NCBI GenBank assembly: GCA_048938895.1
Contig: JBHLLU010000010.1
Coordinates: 1 to 64,000 of the forward strand
Source of the DNA: Promethearchaeota archaeon
GTDB lineage: Archaea; Asgardarchaeota; Lokiarchaeia; Sigyniarchaeales; SOKP01
Reading direction: 5' to 3'
Length of the DNA: 64,000 nt
The notes under the pieces are model-generated. The model saw nothing but the letters and a program-made list of their open reading frames with translations, ran no database searches and had not been told where the DNA came from. Below are positions 19,346 to 29,100 of the stretch, one piece after another. Positions within the stretch are counted from its first letter, which is position 1. The number at the start of each line of letters is the position of its first letter. The position numbers were made by a program, and so were the translations under genes.

Positions 19346-22345
19346 TTATGCGAATTTAATTTTCCATTTTTCTAATTCTTCAATGAATTCCTGCTTGAGT
19401 TCATCTTCTAAGAGATCTCTGATGGATCTCAACTTACTTATCCATTGCCTCAATGCATTCGCAGCTACAGCACCATAAGAAGGGAGTACTATGTCTGATA
19501 TGTCTTGTAATCCTCTTGAAAGTTCAGAACCAGTAGAAGCATCAATAGTTTGAATTAAAAAATCAATTTTTTCACTTATATTAGCTTCTCCGAATTGAAG
19601 ACTTCCTTCATTTTCATCATTTAGTAATCCAAAACTTAACGATTGGATTTCTGAATCACTCTTGGAATATTTCTCCTTCCAATTAAAGAAGGCTACCACA
19701 AAATCCTCTTTTATATCTTCTTCCAGAGGATTTCGAATTTTTTTAAGTTTACTTATCCAATCTTTAATGTTTTTTAGTTCCATTGAATACCCTTCTGTTT
19801 CTAAGATTATATCGACGATATTTTGTATTTTCTTACTAATTTCAAGTCCGCTTAGTTCTGTGAATTGTTCTTCTATATTTTCAAATAGTTCTACCATTTT
19901 CTGAGACGGATCAATTTTCTTCTCGTTATCAAATGACTCTGGATTAATCAATTCATCAGATTGAAACTGTGATTGTGATAAACCAGGACTTATATATTCT
20001 TCTTCACTTTCAGCTACATAATCTATCTGAGGAATTGAATTTATAGGTTTTACTGAATCCATTTCTTCCTTTGTATTATTTGGTCGTAATATTCCTCGTT
20101 TCCAAGTAATAAAATCAAGTATTATTTTTTCTTTTGTTGGCTGATCTAACGTTGTATTTAATTTAGCTAAATTCTTTTTCCATTCTAAAATTTGAGAATA
20201 TCCTTGTAAATTAAAAATAACTTCAATAAATTTATCTATCTGGTCTCCTAGCTCTACACCTTTAAGGTCATCTAATTTTTCAAGAAAGAGATCAAAAAGG
20301 TTATTCACTCTTTCAGAATCAATTGTTTTTATTTCCTTCTCATCAGGTTTGAGACCGTGGTCTAATTCTTCAGGTTTTTTATCATTAATATGAGGGACTC
20401 TAAATTCAGGAGGATAAACTAGCTCTAAAGTCGAAAATTCTCTATTTAATTTATTAAGCTCTTCTATAACATATGTCTTCATATCATCCTCCAAGGGATA
20501 AAGATACCTTTCTAATTTACTAATTAATAGCTTAAACTCTAAGATATTGAGTGATATTCCATCCTTTTCGAATGCAATATCTAAAAGATTTTTTAATTTT
20601 TTAGAAATTTTCTTTCCGCTATAGTCATTTATATTCTCAATAATTTGGTTAAATCCATAATTAATTTGTATTTCTCTAGTTGGTTTAGCCTCTTCAACAA
20701 TTTTAAGAATATTTGGTTGAATTAAATTTACTAATGGTTTAAATGATGTTGTAAATCCAGTTATTTCATATTTTGATTTATTCTTTATTTTTTGACATAT
20801 AGCATAACCTAGATATTCATTATCACCTAAAATTGCTATTATTCTTATATTATTAAATCTAAGGTAATCTACAGACTTATTCTTCAAAGCTCTAACATGT
20901 TTGTTATCATGAAATTCTGAGGATACTATTTTTATCTTTAATCCATTAAAAAAAACTTCTGACTTGAGTGTTTCATTATTACTACTTTTCTCTCCTAAGT
21001 TTTTTTCAACCTTTTCTTCTGGTTCTTCTTTCTTCTTAATTTTTAGATAGTCTTTTTTCCATTTCTCAATATCCTCTAAGATTAAATATTGTGTATTTTG
21101 ATCAAGATACTTTCTTATGACTAGAAGTCGGTTTAACCACCCTTGAATATTTTCGATAATGAGAGATTCGGGGTTCACATCTGAAACTTTTGCTAATATA
21201 TCAGCAACATCATGACTAAGTTCATAACCTTTAAGATCAGCTACTCGTTTTGCAGTTGAATTCATTGCTTCTTCTAGTTCTTTTTTTTGTTTGATATTTA
21301 TAGAAGGTTTTTTATTGGGAGATACAACAGGTTTCTTTAAAATTTTTGATATTTCTTCAGAGGAGGGTTCAGAATCGGCATCATCAGAATATTCTAAATC
21401 AAATTCATTTAAAGGAATAAAATCTTCTATATTTGGAACAACGATAAATAAGCTTTCTTTACATCTTTCTAACAAAGTGGAGATTAACTCGTGTATTTTT
21501 TCAAGACTATAAAGTGGAAATAATCTATCTAAAGATATTTCATCTCTACTTAAATAATCTGTTAATATGTTAAACAAGGATTTTTCAACTAATTGTAACT
21601 GTTTTATTGGAAATGATTCAGAATCCTGAAAGATTTCATTACTCCTTTTATCGATGGATTCACCTAATTTTCTTATAAACGTTTTAAATGATTCCACTAT
21701 AGAAGGTGTATTTGTTGAACTCATTTCATTTATGATGTCTCTGAATTGTTTAAACATATTTGAAATTATCTCTTCCGATTCTCCGATTTTCTGGTTTATT
21801 TCTCTTATTACTCGTTCAATATCAATTTCATTTATGATCGATTTAGATTTTAATTTCGTTACTAATTGGCTTATTTCTGTTAATAGAACTTGGGAAAATT
21901 TCTTTACATTTTTCTCAACTTCAGATAAAATTTCTGTTGTATGATTATTATCGGCTTGATTGGATATAATTTCAATTAAATCTTGACTGATTTCTTCAAT
22001 ATCTTGGAGTATAGTATCTTGAAATTGCTCGATATAGGAGCTACTTCTTTTAATGTCTGTTTGTTTGTCTTTTGTAACATCTTTAATAGCAGAAAAAGCA
22101 TTAATCATAGCTGCGAAAGGAGGTATGAAAAAATAATGAGGTAAAACGTCAGAAAACCTCGATTTCACAAGAATGAGCAACTTTTTATCTATGAGTTCAT
22201 TAATTATTCTCTTAATATCCTTATTTGATGAATTTGGGATAATTTTATGCATCTCTGATGATGTAAAAGGGTATTTACCTAATCCTTCAATATATATATT
22301 AATGGCTTCTTCAGAAACGTCATAAATTTTCAAGAGTTCTCTCAT
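19346..22345 (-). CDS. Large protein with TrmB-like N-terminal HTH and five copies of a ~60-aa helical repeat
   Basis: YDVSEEAINIY...INELIDKKLL...YFFIPP; repeated G.E(L/I)S...W..KL...L...W.K units. Confidence 0.7.
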   Translation of the reverse strand: MRELLKIYDVSEEAINIYIEGLGKYPFTSSEMHKIIPNSSNKDIKRIINELIDKKLLILVKSRFSDVLPHYFFIPPFAAMINAFSAIKDVTKDKQTDIKRSSSYIEQFQDTILQDIEEISQDLIEIISNQADNNHTTEILSEVEKNVKKFSQVLLTEISQLVTKLKSKSIINEIDIERVIREINQKIGESEEIISNMFKQFRDIINEMSSTNTPSIVESFKTFIRKLGESIDKRSNEIFQDSESFPIKQLQLVEKSLFNILTDYLSRDEISLDRLFPLYSLEKIHELISTLLERCKESLFIVVPNIEDFIPLNEFDLEYSDDADSEPSSEEISKILKKPVVSPNKKPSINIKQKKELEEAMNSTAKRVADLKGYELSHDVADILAKVSDVNPESLIIENIQGWLNRLLVIRKYLDQNTQYLILEDIEKWKKDYLKIKKKEEPEEKVEKNLGEKSSNNETLKSEVFFNGLKIKIVSSEFHDNKHVRALKNKSVDYLRFNNIRIIAILGDNEYLGYAICQKIKNKSKYEITGFTTSFKPLVNLIQPNILKIVEEAKPTREIQINYGFNQIIENINDYSGKKISKKLKNLLDIAFEKDGISLNILEFKLLISKLERYLYPLEDDMKTYVIEELNKLNREFSTLELVYPPEFRVPHINDKKPEELDHGLKPDEKEIKTIDSERVNNLFDLFLEKLDDLKGVELGDQIDKFIEVIFNLQGYSQILEWKKNLAKLNTTLDQPTKEKIILDFITWKRGILRPNNTKEEMDSVKPINSIPQIDYVAESEEEYISPGLSQSQFQSDELINPESFDNEKKIDPSQKMVELFENIEEQFTELSGLEISKKIQNIVDIILETEGYSMELKNIKDWISKLKKIRNPLEEDIKEDFVVAFFNWKEKYSKSDSEIQSLSFGLLNDENEGSLQFGEANISEKIDFLIQTIDASTGSELSRGLQDISDIVLPSYGAVAANALRQWISKLRSIRDLLEDELKQEFIEELEKWKIKFA

Positions 22346-22576
22346 TTTTTCTCTCTTTTTATTTTCGATTTATCTCTATATATGATGGTAATCCATGTTT
22401 TTTAATATTCGGAAAAGGGAAAATGAGCGAAACACCTACACGAATTTTATGAAGATAAATAAGAATATCGAAAAATAACAAATAAATAGAAAAGGAAATA
22501 GAAACCTTTTTCTTTAAAGAATCATTTTCTTTATTGAAATTGTGTAAAAATCGATAAATATTTTTTGTGAAATAAA

Positions 22577-23731
22577 CTGAATTTTAAAGAAATAGGCATT
22601 AACGACATAAACGTTAACGCATTACGGAAGCTAAATATACTTAAACCTACACCTGTTCAAAAACAAGCCATTCCCTTAATATTAGAAGGTAAAAATGTAA
22701 TGGCTCAAGCTAAAACTGGAAGTGGAAAGACATTAGCTTTTGTACTTCCAATAATCGAACGTCTGAAGTATGTTAATAATGAAGTGCTTATACTAGCACC
22801 TACAAGAGAGCTTGCCAAACAAATAAATCGAGTTATTAAAGACTTGGGTGATCATAAAGTTAAATCCATGACAATATATGGTGGGGTCTCAATAAATAAC
22901 CAAATTAACAAATTACATAATGGTATAAATATTGTTGTTGGAACACCAGGAAGAATAATAGATCTATATAAAAGAAGAGAATTAAGTTTTAAAAACATTC
23001 GATTTGTCGTCCTCGATGAAGCTGATAGATTATGGGATATGGGTTTTGCTCCTGATGTTAAATATATATTACGTCAAATAAAAACAGATTATCAGTTTAT
23101 GCTATTTTCAGCAACGCTCTATTCTAGTATCAGAGAATTAGTTAAAAAATTTTCTAAAAATAAATTTGAATTCCTTAATTTAAGTAGAGATAGTATAACA
23201 GTAGGTAGTACGAAACAATATTATTATATGATTGACCGCTTTGAAGAGAAGTTTAACACATTTTTGAAGATATTAAAGAAAGAAAATCCACGCCATGCTT
23301 TAGTATTTGTTAATACAAAGAAGACAGCAAATTGGCTAAGCAATAGATTAAGGAAAAGGGGGGGATTTAAATTCAGAGTAAAAGAAATATCGGGGGATTT
23401 ATCTCAAGCTAAACGTGAAAAAGTGCTTTTAGATTTTCGAAATCATAAAATAAATATGCTCATTGCTACCGATGTTGCGGCAAGAGGGCTTGATATTGAT
23501 AATATTTCCCATGTATTTAATTATGATGTACCCAAGTTTCCAGATGTTTATGTTCACCGAATAGGAAGAACTTCTCGAATGAGTAAGCGAGGTGTCGCAA
23601 TTACTTTATGCTTAAAAGATGAATATGAATATCTATGTCATATCGAGGGATTAATTGATAAAGAAATTCAACTAAGGACTATACAACAACCTTTACAACA
23701 ACAAAAGAAGTATCATAATCCCTTTTATTAA
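22577..23731 (+). CDS. DEAD-box RNA helicase; start extended to CTG at 22577
   Basis: Q-motif (NFKEIGI...KPTPVQKQAIP) lies in frame upstream of ATG 22700; AKTGSGKT, PTRELA, TPGR, DEAD, SAT, ARGLD, HRIGRT. Confidence 0.92.
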   Translation: MNFKEIGINDINVNALRKLNILKPTPVQKQAIPLILEGKNVMAQAKTGSGKTLAFVLPIIERLKYVNNEVLILAPTRELAKQINRVIKDLGDHKVKSMTIYGGVSINNQINKLHNGINIVVGTPGRIIDLYKRRELSFKNIRFVVLDEADRLWDMGFAPDVKYILRQIKTDYQFMLFSATLYSSIRELVKKFSKNKFEFLNLSRDSITVGSTKQYYYMIDRFEEKFNTFLKILKKENPRHALVFVNTKKTANWLSNRLRKRGGFKFRVKEISGDLSQAKREKVLLDFRNHKINMLIATDVAARGLDIDNISHVFNYDVPKFPDVYVHRIGRTSRMSKRGVAITLCLKDEYEYLCHIEGLIDKEIQLRTIQQPLQQQKKYHNPFY

Positions 23732-23733
23732 AC

Positions 23734-24480
23734 TTAAGTAAAGGACTTATTTTGCAAAGCTTTTAAAGCTATCTTGGTGGATGATTTTGCTTCTTCAATC
23801 TCAACCATCCCTATTACCACAGCACGTATATTATGATTAGAAATGTACTCATACGCTTTTTCAGGAGCAATATTACCAGCTGCGAGAGTTTTCATTGCCA
23901 TAAATGGTATCGGTTTTTTTTTATCTACTAAAACTTCGAGTTTTTTCTGATCCCCCATCAGCATCCCATTTGCATTAAAGGGAATTAGGAAGGTTTTTGC
24001 ATTTAGTTTATTTTGGAAAGCAAATTCTAAGGTTGAGATTGGATTATGAGCAGCAAGACCTGGAATAATACCTCGAGAAGAGATATCATCAAGTAATTTA
24101 GATACCCGTTCATTCTTGCTATCTGAGATGGTTGCATGAACATAAATAATCTTTGCATCTAGCTCAACTAAATCTTCAATACCAGGATCAGGAAGCATTC
24201 CTGGTAATGTAGAACCGGTAACAATATAATCATTATGTGTTTCCTTCATGATTTTCACTGCTTCAGATACCTTACCAAATGGGATTGCTCCAATTCCTCG
24301 ACCACCACTCTCATAACAGGCTTCCATTATATCTAACATTGCCTTAGCATTGTTGAAAAATTTCTCTCGATATATAGGAGCCATTTTTCCAAATTGTCCA
24401 GAACCTGCAAAGGGAGACACTCCGGTTGAAACAATTGGAATCTTGACACCCATGAATTCAGTAAATAATTTCTCATCCAT
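23734..24480 (-). CDS. Hypothetical TIM-barrel protein (aldo/keto-reductase-like C-terminus)
   Basis: G.SPFAG, GLAAHNP, LIPFN, MAMKTLAAG. Confidence 0.55.
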   Translation of the reverse strand: MDEKLFTEFMGVKIPIVSTGVSPFAGSGQFGKMAPIYREKFFNNAKAMLDIMEACYESGGRGIGAIPFGKVSEAVKIMKETHNDYIVTGSTLPGMLPDPGIEDLVELDAKIIYVHATISDSKNERVSKLLDDISSRGIIPGLAAHNPISTLEFAFQNKLNAKTFLIPFNANGMLMGDQKKLEVLVDKKKPIPFMAMKTLAAGNIAPEKAYEYISNHNIRAVVIGMVEIEEAKSSTKIALKALQNKSFT

Positions 24481-24724
24481 TTATTTCACTTTTATAATCC
24501 TTATTATAGAATTTAATATACATGGTAAGATTATGCTATAAAAAAACCTTGGTAAAATTATAATATTTAGATATTAGACCCAAATTCATATAAGAACAAG
24601 GTTTTTAATTCCTAAAAAACGCAACACTTTTCTTTTGCAAATTTTTATATTACAAGAGTTTTATAGATTTTATAAGATCTATTTTAATTATACCAATATT
24701 TTTTAAAATTGAGGTTCGATAAAT

Positions 24725-25339
24725 TTGCCTAGTCGTCGTGGAGATGGAACACTTGTATTTAAAATCTGCTTTTACGGTCCTAGCCTTGGGGGCAAAACTA
24801 CTGCTTTAGACTGGGTGTATCGCCGTGAGGGTCTTGCATCAGGAGATATGCAGCAAATACAAGACCCAACAGGACGAACACTCTTTTTTGATCGAGTTGT
24901 AGCAAGAGTTTCTAATGTTGTTTTTCAAGTATACACTGTTGCGGGACAAAGGAGACATAAATTTCAGCGTCAAACTGTTCTTAAGGGTACAGATGCAGTA
25001 ATCTTTACATGGGACAGCTTAATTGACCAATGGGCAGAGGATATATGGAGTTTGAAGGAATTGCTCCGCTTCTATGGGGATAAATTGATACCAGAAAAAC
25101 CATTTGACCCACCAGACGTACCAATGGTAGTTTTAGCCAATAAACGGGATTTAGAAGATATTGTAGAAATTTCAAAAATTCGAAAAGCATTAGATACAGC
25201 TCATTTAAATCATACTTTAATTTATGAAACAATTGCTATTCAAGGTATTAATGTAAAGCGGGCATTTGTCTATGCTGCTCGTCAAGCTGTGCTGAATCAT
25301 TATAAAAAGCTTTCAGGAAAATCAATGGAAGAAGCATAA
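24725..25339 (+). CDS. MglA-like small Ras-superfamily GTPase
   Basis: GPSLGGKTT, RTLFFD, YTVAGQ (in place of DxxGQ), VLKGTD, NKRDL. Confidence 0.9.
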   Translation: MPSRRGDGTLVFKICFYGPSLGGKTTALDWVYRREGLASGDMQQIQDPTGRTLFFDRVVARVSNVVFQVYTVAGQRRHKFQRQTVLKGTDAVIFTWDSLIDQWAEDIWSLKELLRFYGDKLIPEKPFDPPDVPMVVLANKRDLEDIVEISKIRKALDTAHLNHTLIYETIAIQGINVKRAFVYAARQAVLNHYKKLSGKSMEEA

Positions 25340-25340
25340 C

Positions 25341-26102
25341 TCAATTTTTTTCTACTGTTTTTGCATTTACTTTCAAATCTACTAGTGATTTTCCACAATT
25401 TGTACAAAAATTTGATCTATTATATAATAATTGATGCCCACAATCAGGACAGAAATTAATCTTCTTAGAAATTTGGCCAATAGGTGTTTTAGTTATTACT
25501 CCTCTTTGTATTTGCTTTTTAAAAATAGGTGTATGAATAATTACTCCTCTTTGTCGAATGAATTTGCTTACGATACTTCCCAAAATTGACAAAGCTGCAC
25601 CGATAAAGGGTGCTATTACAGCGAAACCAGGATTATATAGATTCCAAATAGTATAGTCAGGAGGGAGGGGACCAAGTTGAGATTCTAACAAATTTATCCA
25701 TGTTATATTTATTCCAATAATAAAGATTATAGAGGCAATGACTAGAATGATACCTATGATTATCCATAATTTTTCACGGTTTTTTAACTCGGCTCTACCT
25801 GCCCTTACTGCATTAGCAGATAATATAAGTGCTAATGAACCAAAAAATATAAGTATTAAGGGGATTAATCCGACAAGGAACATCGGTATTGTATATAAGT
25901 GAGGTTCTTCAGCAGGTAAAAATGATATGTGAGAATCATAACCTGGAATGATATAATTGAATAACCCCCACATCCAAAAATATTCTGCATCATAAGGGGT
26001 AGAACTATAATAAGCGGGAGTTAAAATAGAGATGATTGTTAAGATTCCTCCAATTAAGGGAAGTACCCAAATATATTCTCGAGATTCTTTGATGATTATT
26101 AC
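25341..26102 (-). CDS. Membrane protein with C-terminal double zinc ribbon; start extended upstream by paralog alignment
   Basis: FCPDCG...FCTNCG; frame open upstream of 25973 and reads IIKESREYIWVLPLIGG, matching the N-terminus of the adjacent paralog. Confidence 0.75.
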   Translation of the reverse strand, partial: VIIIKESREYIWVLPLIGGILTIISILTPAYYSSTPYDAEYFWMWGLFNYIIPGYDSHISFLPAEEPHLYTIPMFLVGLIPLILIFFGSLALILSANAVRAGRAELKNREKLWIIIGIILVIASIIFIIGINITWINLLESQLGPLPPDYTIWNLYNPGFAVIAPFIGAALSILGSIVSKFIRQRGVIIHTPIFKKQIQRGVITKTPIGQISKKINFCPDCGHQLLYNRSNFCTNCGKSLVDLKVNAKTVEKN

Positions 26103-26133
26103 CTTTATCTTAAATTAAAATAGCTTTATCTAT

Positions 26134-26193
26134 ATTTATTATTTTTTTAGAGATTTCTGAAACATGCGAAGGGATGTGCGTATCTCTTATTAG
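26134..26193 (-). pseudogene. 60-bp relic copy of the 5' region of the metallophosphoesterase gene
   Basis: Aligns without gaps to 27457-27516 with 6 mismatches; reads LIRDTHIPSHVSEISKKIIN vs LIGDTHIPSRVSEIPKNIIN. Confidence 0.8.
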
Positions 26194-26906
26194 ATTTTTA
26201 GTTCTTTTCCGCAATTTGTACAAAACCTCGATCCATCATATAAAAGTTGATGACCACATTCAGAGCAGAAATTAATCTTCTTAGATGTCTGACCAATCGG
26301 TGTTTTAGTTATCACTCCTCCTTCTATTTGTTTTTTAAAAATAGGTGCTTCTCTTTGTTTTATAACTTTACTAGCAATACTTCCCGCAATTGACAAAGCC
26401 GCGCCGATAAAGGGTGCTATTACCGCAAATCCTGGGTCATACACATCCCAGAGATTATAACCAGAAGGAGCGGGACCCATTAGATATTCAAGATAATTAA
26501 TTGTAGTAATATCAATTCCAACAATAAAGATAATAGGAGCGACTATAAGAATGATGCCCATTGCAATCCATAAGTTCTCACGGTGTTTTATATCGGCTCT
26601 ACTTGTCCTTACGGCATTAGCCGATATTATAAGTGCTAATGAGCCTGCAAGTATTAATAATAAAGGAATAAGTCCGGCAAGAAACATCGGTATTGTATAT
26701 AAGTAAGGTTCCTCAAAGGGGATAAAGGTCGTTTGGGATCCATAACCTGAAACAGAATAATAATCTAACCCCCACATCCAATAATATTCGGTAACAGAAT
26801 ATATGGAAGCATAATAAGCGGGAGTAAAAATAGATATAAGAATTAAAATTCCTCCGATGAAAGGGAGTATCCAAATATAGTCTTTTGGTTCTTTAATTAA
26901 ATTCAC
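26190..26906 (-). CDS. Membrane protein with C-terminal double zinc ribbon (paralog of 25341-26102)
   Basis: Four hydrophobic segments; FCSECG...FCTNCG. Confidence 0.85.
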   Translation of the reverse strand: MNLIKEPKDYIWILPFIGGILILISIFTPAYYASIYSVTEYYWMWGLDYYSVSGYGSQTTFIPFEEPYLYTIPMFLAGLIPLLLILAGSLALIISANAVRTSRADIKHRENLWIAMGIILIVAPIIFIVGIDITTINYLEYLMGPAPSGYNLWDVYDPGFAVIAPFIGAALSIAGSIASKVIKQREAPIFKKQIEGGVITKTPIGQTSKKINFCSECGHQLLYDGSRFCTNCGKELKI

Positions 26907-27021
26907 CTTTTTTTAATTTGGTATTTATTTGTCTTATTATGATTTTTTATTCATAGTTTCTATATATTTTTGACTATTTTTTTGACGAGAAAAGTGTTGA
27001 ATACTGCAAGAATGGATCTCT

Positions 27022-27558
27022 TTATACGTAAATTATTTCAGGCTCGATTTTCTCATGAGAGATCCTTAAAAAACCATAAGAGTTAATTTTAGTAAAAATT
27101 TTATCAGTGGGAGTCCCAGGACATATGTAATATTTCCCATCTGTCCACTTTTCACTAACTGGATGATGGATATGCCCAAAAATGATAATATCATACTCAG
27201 TCAAGTCAAACATCTTATTTAAGTTTTGAATGATATTATTAGGACCACCTGTACCGTGTGTAATGAATATTTTATATCCATAAAGTTCTAGTTTCATATT
27301 AGGGGGTAATAATTTCTTGATCTCACGGTTATCCATGTTGCCATGAATTGCAATAACTTTATCTTCTCCAAATGTTTTTTGGAGGTTTTTATATACCTCA
27401 GTTACATCGAAATCTCCGAGATGAATTAGATAATCAACATTTTTATCCATAAAATCATTTATTATGTTTTTAGGGATTTCTGAAACACGAGAAGGGATGT
27501 GTGTATCTCCTATTAGGCCAATCAATAATTCTTTTTTATTCGTTTGAATCAATTTCAT
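27022..27558 (-). CDS. YfcE/MJ0936/Vps29-family metallophosphoesterase
   Basis: GDTH, HLGD, HGNMD, THG, FGHIH, CPGT. Confidence 0.9.
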   Translation of the reverse strand: MKLIQTNKKELLIGLIGDTHIPSRVSEIPKNIINDFMDKNVDYLIHLGDFDVTEVYKNLQKTFGEDKVIAIHGNMDNREIKKLLPPNMKLELYGYKIFITHGTGGPNNIIQNLNKMFDLTEYDIIIFGHIHHPVSEKWTDGKYYICPGTPTDKIFTKINSYGFLRISHEKIEPEIIYV

Positions 27559-28480
27559 TTTCTTTCAATCTTAATTTTACAATTCTTAAAGCAAAATTAA
27601 TGACTTCTTCAAGGTTTTTCCATTTTCCTAAATTTATCATATCTTTAGCCCAATAGAAGAGGTCTTGACTTATTGCAACCGTTGAGAATATAGGTTTCAT
27701 CATTCGATCATCATCAGAGCTAGCTTTGTTTAACAACCAAGAGATAATATTAGAAACTAATTTAAAGTTATCCGCTGCTCGAATACCATAAGTTTTATTT
27801 AGACTAGAAAAAATTGAGAGGTTACCAATAGTTATTACCTTCCCTAATTCAAAATGTATTGCTCCAATAATAGGAAGGTGCTGTTTTGATTCATCATGCC
27901 ACCCATCTCCATTCAAGTAACTGTGCCATGAAGTCTTTTCTGAAGAATATGCAATACTATTCACATCAATATTCCCAGCTTCAATTGATTTATCTATCAA
28001 TATTGTACAACCATTGGAATGGATAAATTGGTTTAAATCCCTTGTAATATAATGAGGACTAAAATCTTTAATAACAGGATGAGAATTTTCTTGGGAAAAT
28101 GATTTATTATCATATAATTTATCATTATTAAAAGTAATCCCAAAATGTTTTGTTAATTCAGATAAATTATTCTTATTTTCATAATCTCCCCCGCCATCAT
28201 TTATTATAAGAAGACTTCCACCTTTCTTAACATATTCAACCAAATCGTCAATTTCTTCTGATCCTAAGTTTGGACCTAAATGGGGAACTCCAATAATGAA
28301 AAGATCATAGCTAGTCAATTTTTCCTTTGTTATACCTGCTTCAATTTTTCCCAATTGAAATCCAGAATCAAATAAATATTGGATAAAATCAGTAAAAGCA
28401 TTATTTTCAATAGTTAACTTATTGTTATGCGTATAATCAAAACCGATTGTTATTTTCTTTGTCATGGTTAATATTCCCAA
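27536..28480 (-). CDS. GATase-like (DUF4350/GldG-IFT52-like) domain protein with possible C-terminal ribbon-helix-helix
   Basis: FDYTHN, LVEYVKKGGSLL, HFGITF, GKVITIG, DNFKLVSNIISWL; tail GKWKNLEEVINFALR. Confidence 0.6.
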   Translation of the reverse strand: MGILTMTKKITIGFDYTHNNKLTIENNAFTDFIQYLFDSGFQLGKIEAGITKEKLTSYDLFIIGVPHLGPNLGSEEIDDLVEYVKKGGSLLIINDGGGDYENKNNLSELTKHFGITFNNDKLYDNKSFSQENSHPVIKDFSPHYITRDLNQFIHSNGCTILIDKSIEAGNIDVNSIAYSSEKTSWHSYLNGDGWHDESKQHLPIIGAIHFELGKVITIGNLSIFSSLNKTYGIRAADNFKLVSNIISWLLNKASSDDDRMMKPIFSTVAISQDLFYWAKDMINLGKWKNLEEVINFALRIVKLRLKENEIDSNE

Positions 28481-28732
28481 TATACTCTTAAAATTATTTA
28501 TAATTAGTTATAGCACTATGAAAATATCTACTTATTAATATCAATTAAATTAATTTTCTAATAATCTTTTGGTATTAGTTTGTTGATAAGTAATTTAAGG
28601 TTATAAAATCAAATTCTTCAGCTAACTTTTTACTAGAATTGTCCATTTCAGCAATTGTTCTGAATTAAAGATCTGTAAGATTAACATTTAAATTGGCTAT
28701 AATTTTAATAGAATAGGAGTTTTTCTTAAATT

Positions 28733-29092
28733 ATGATTAAAAAAAATTATACTGATGTAGAAGAACAACAAGCTACTCTTAGTGATGGCACAAAAGTAGA
28801 AGGAGTTACCGTTCAGTGGTTAATTGACGAGAAGATTGGTGCTAAAAATTTTGCTATGCGAAGATTTGAAATTGAAGTAGGTGGAAAAGTCCCACTCCAT
28901 AACCATGAACAAGATCATGAAATTTTCATATTATCTGGAACTGGAAGATTCTATAATGATAAGGAACAAGAAAATCATGTCTCGTATGGAGATATAGTTT
29001 ATATTCCACCTAATGAAAAACATGGTATCGATAATCTAGGTAAGGATAAACTAGTTTTTATTTGCCTAGTTCCATATCTAAAAAATAATTAG
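28733..29092 (+). CDS. Cupin domain protein
   Basis: PLHNH...HEIFILSGTG, GDIVYIPPNEKHG. Confidence 0.92.
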   Translation: MIKKNYTDVEEQQATLSDGTKVEGVTVQWLIDEKIGAKNFAMRRFEIEVGGKVPLHNHEQDHEIFILSGTGRFYNDKEQENHVSYGDIVYIPPNEKHGIDNLGKDKLVFICLVPYLKNN

Positions 29093-29100
29093 AAAAAAAT

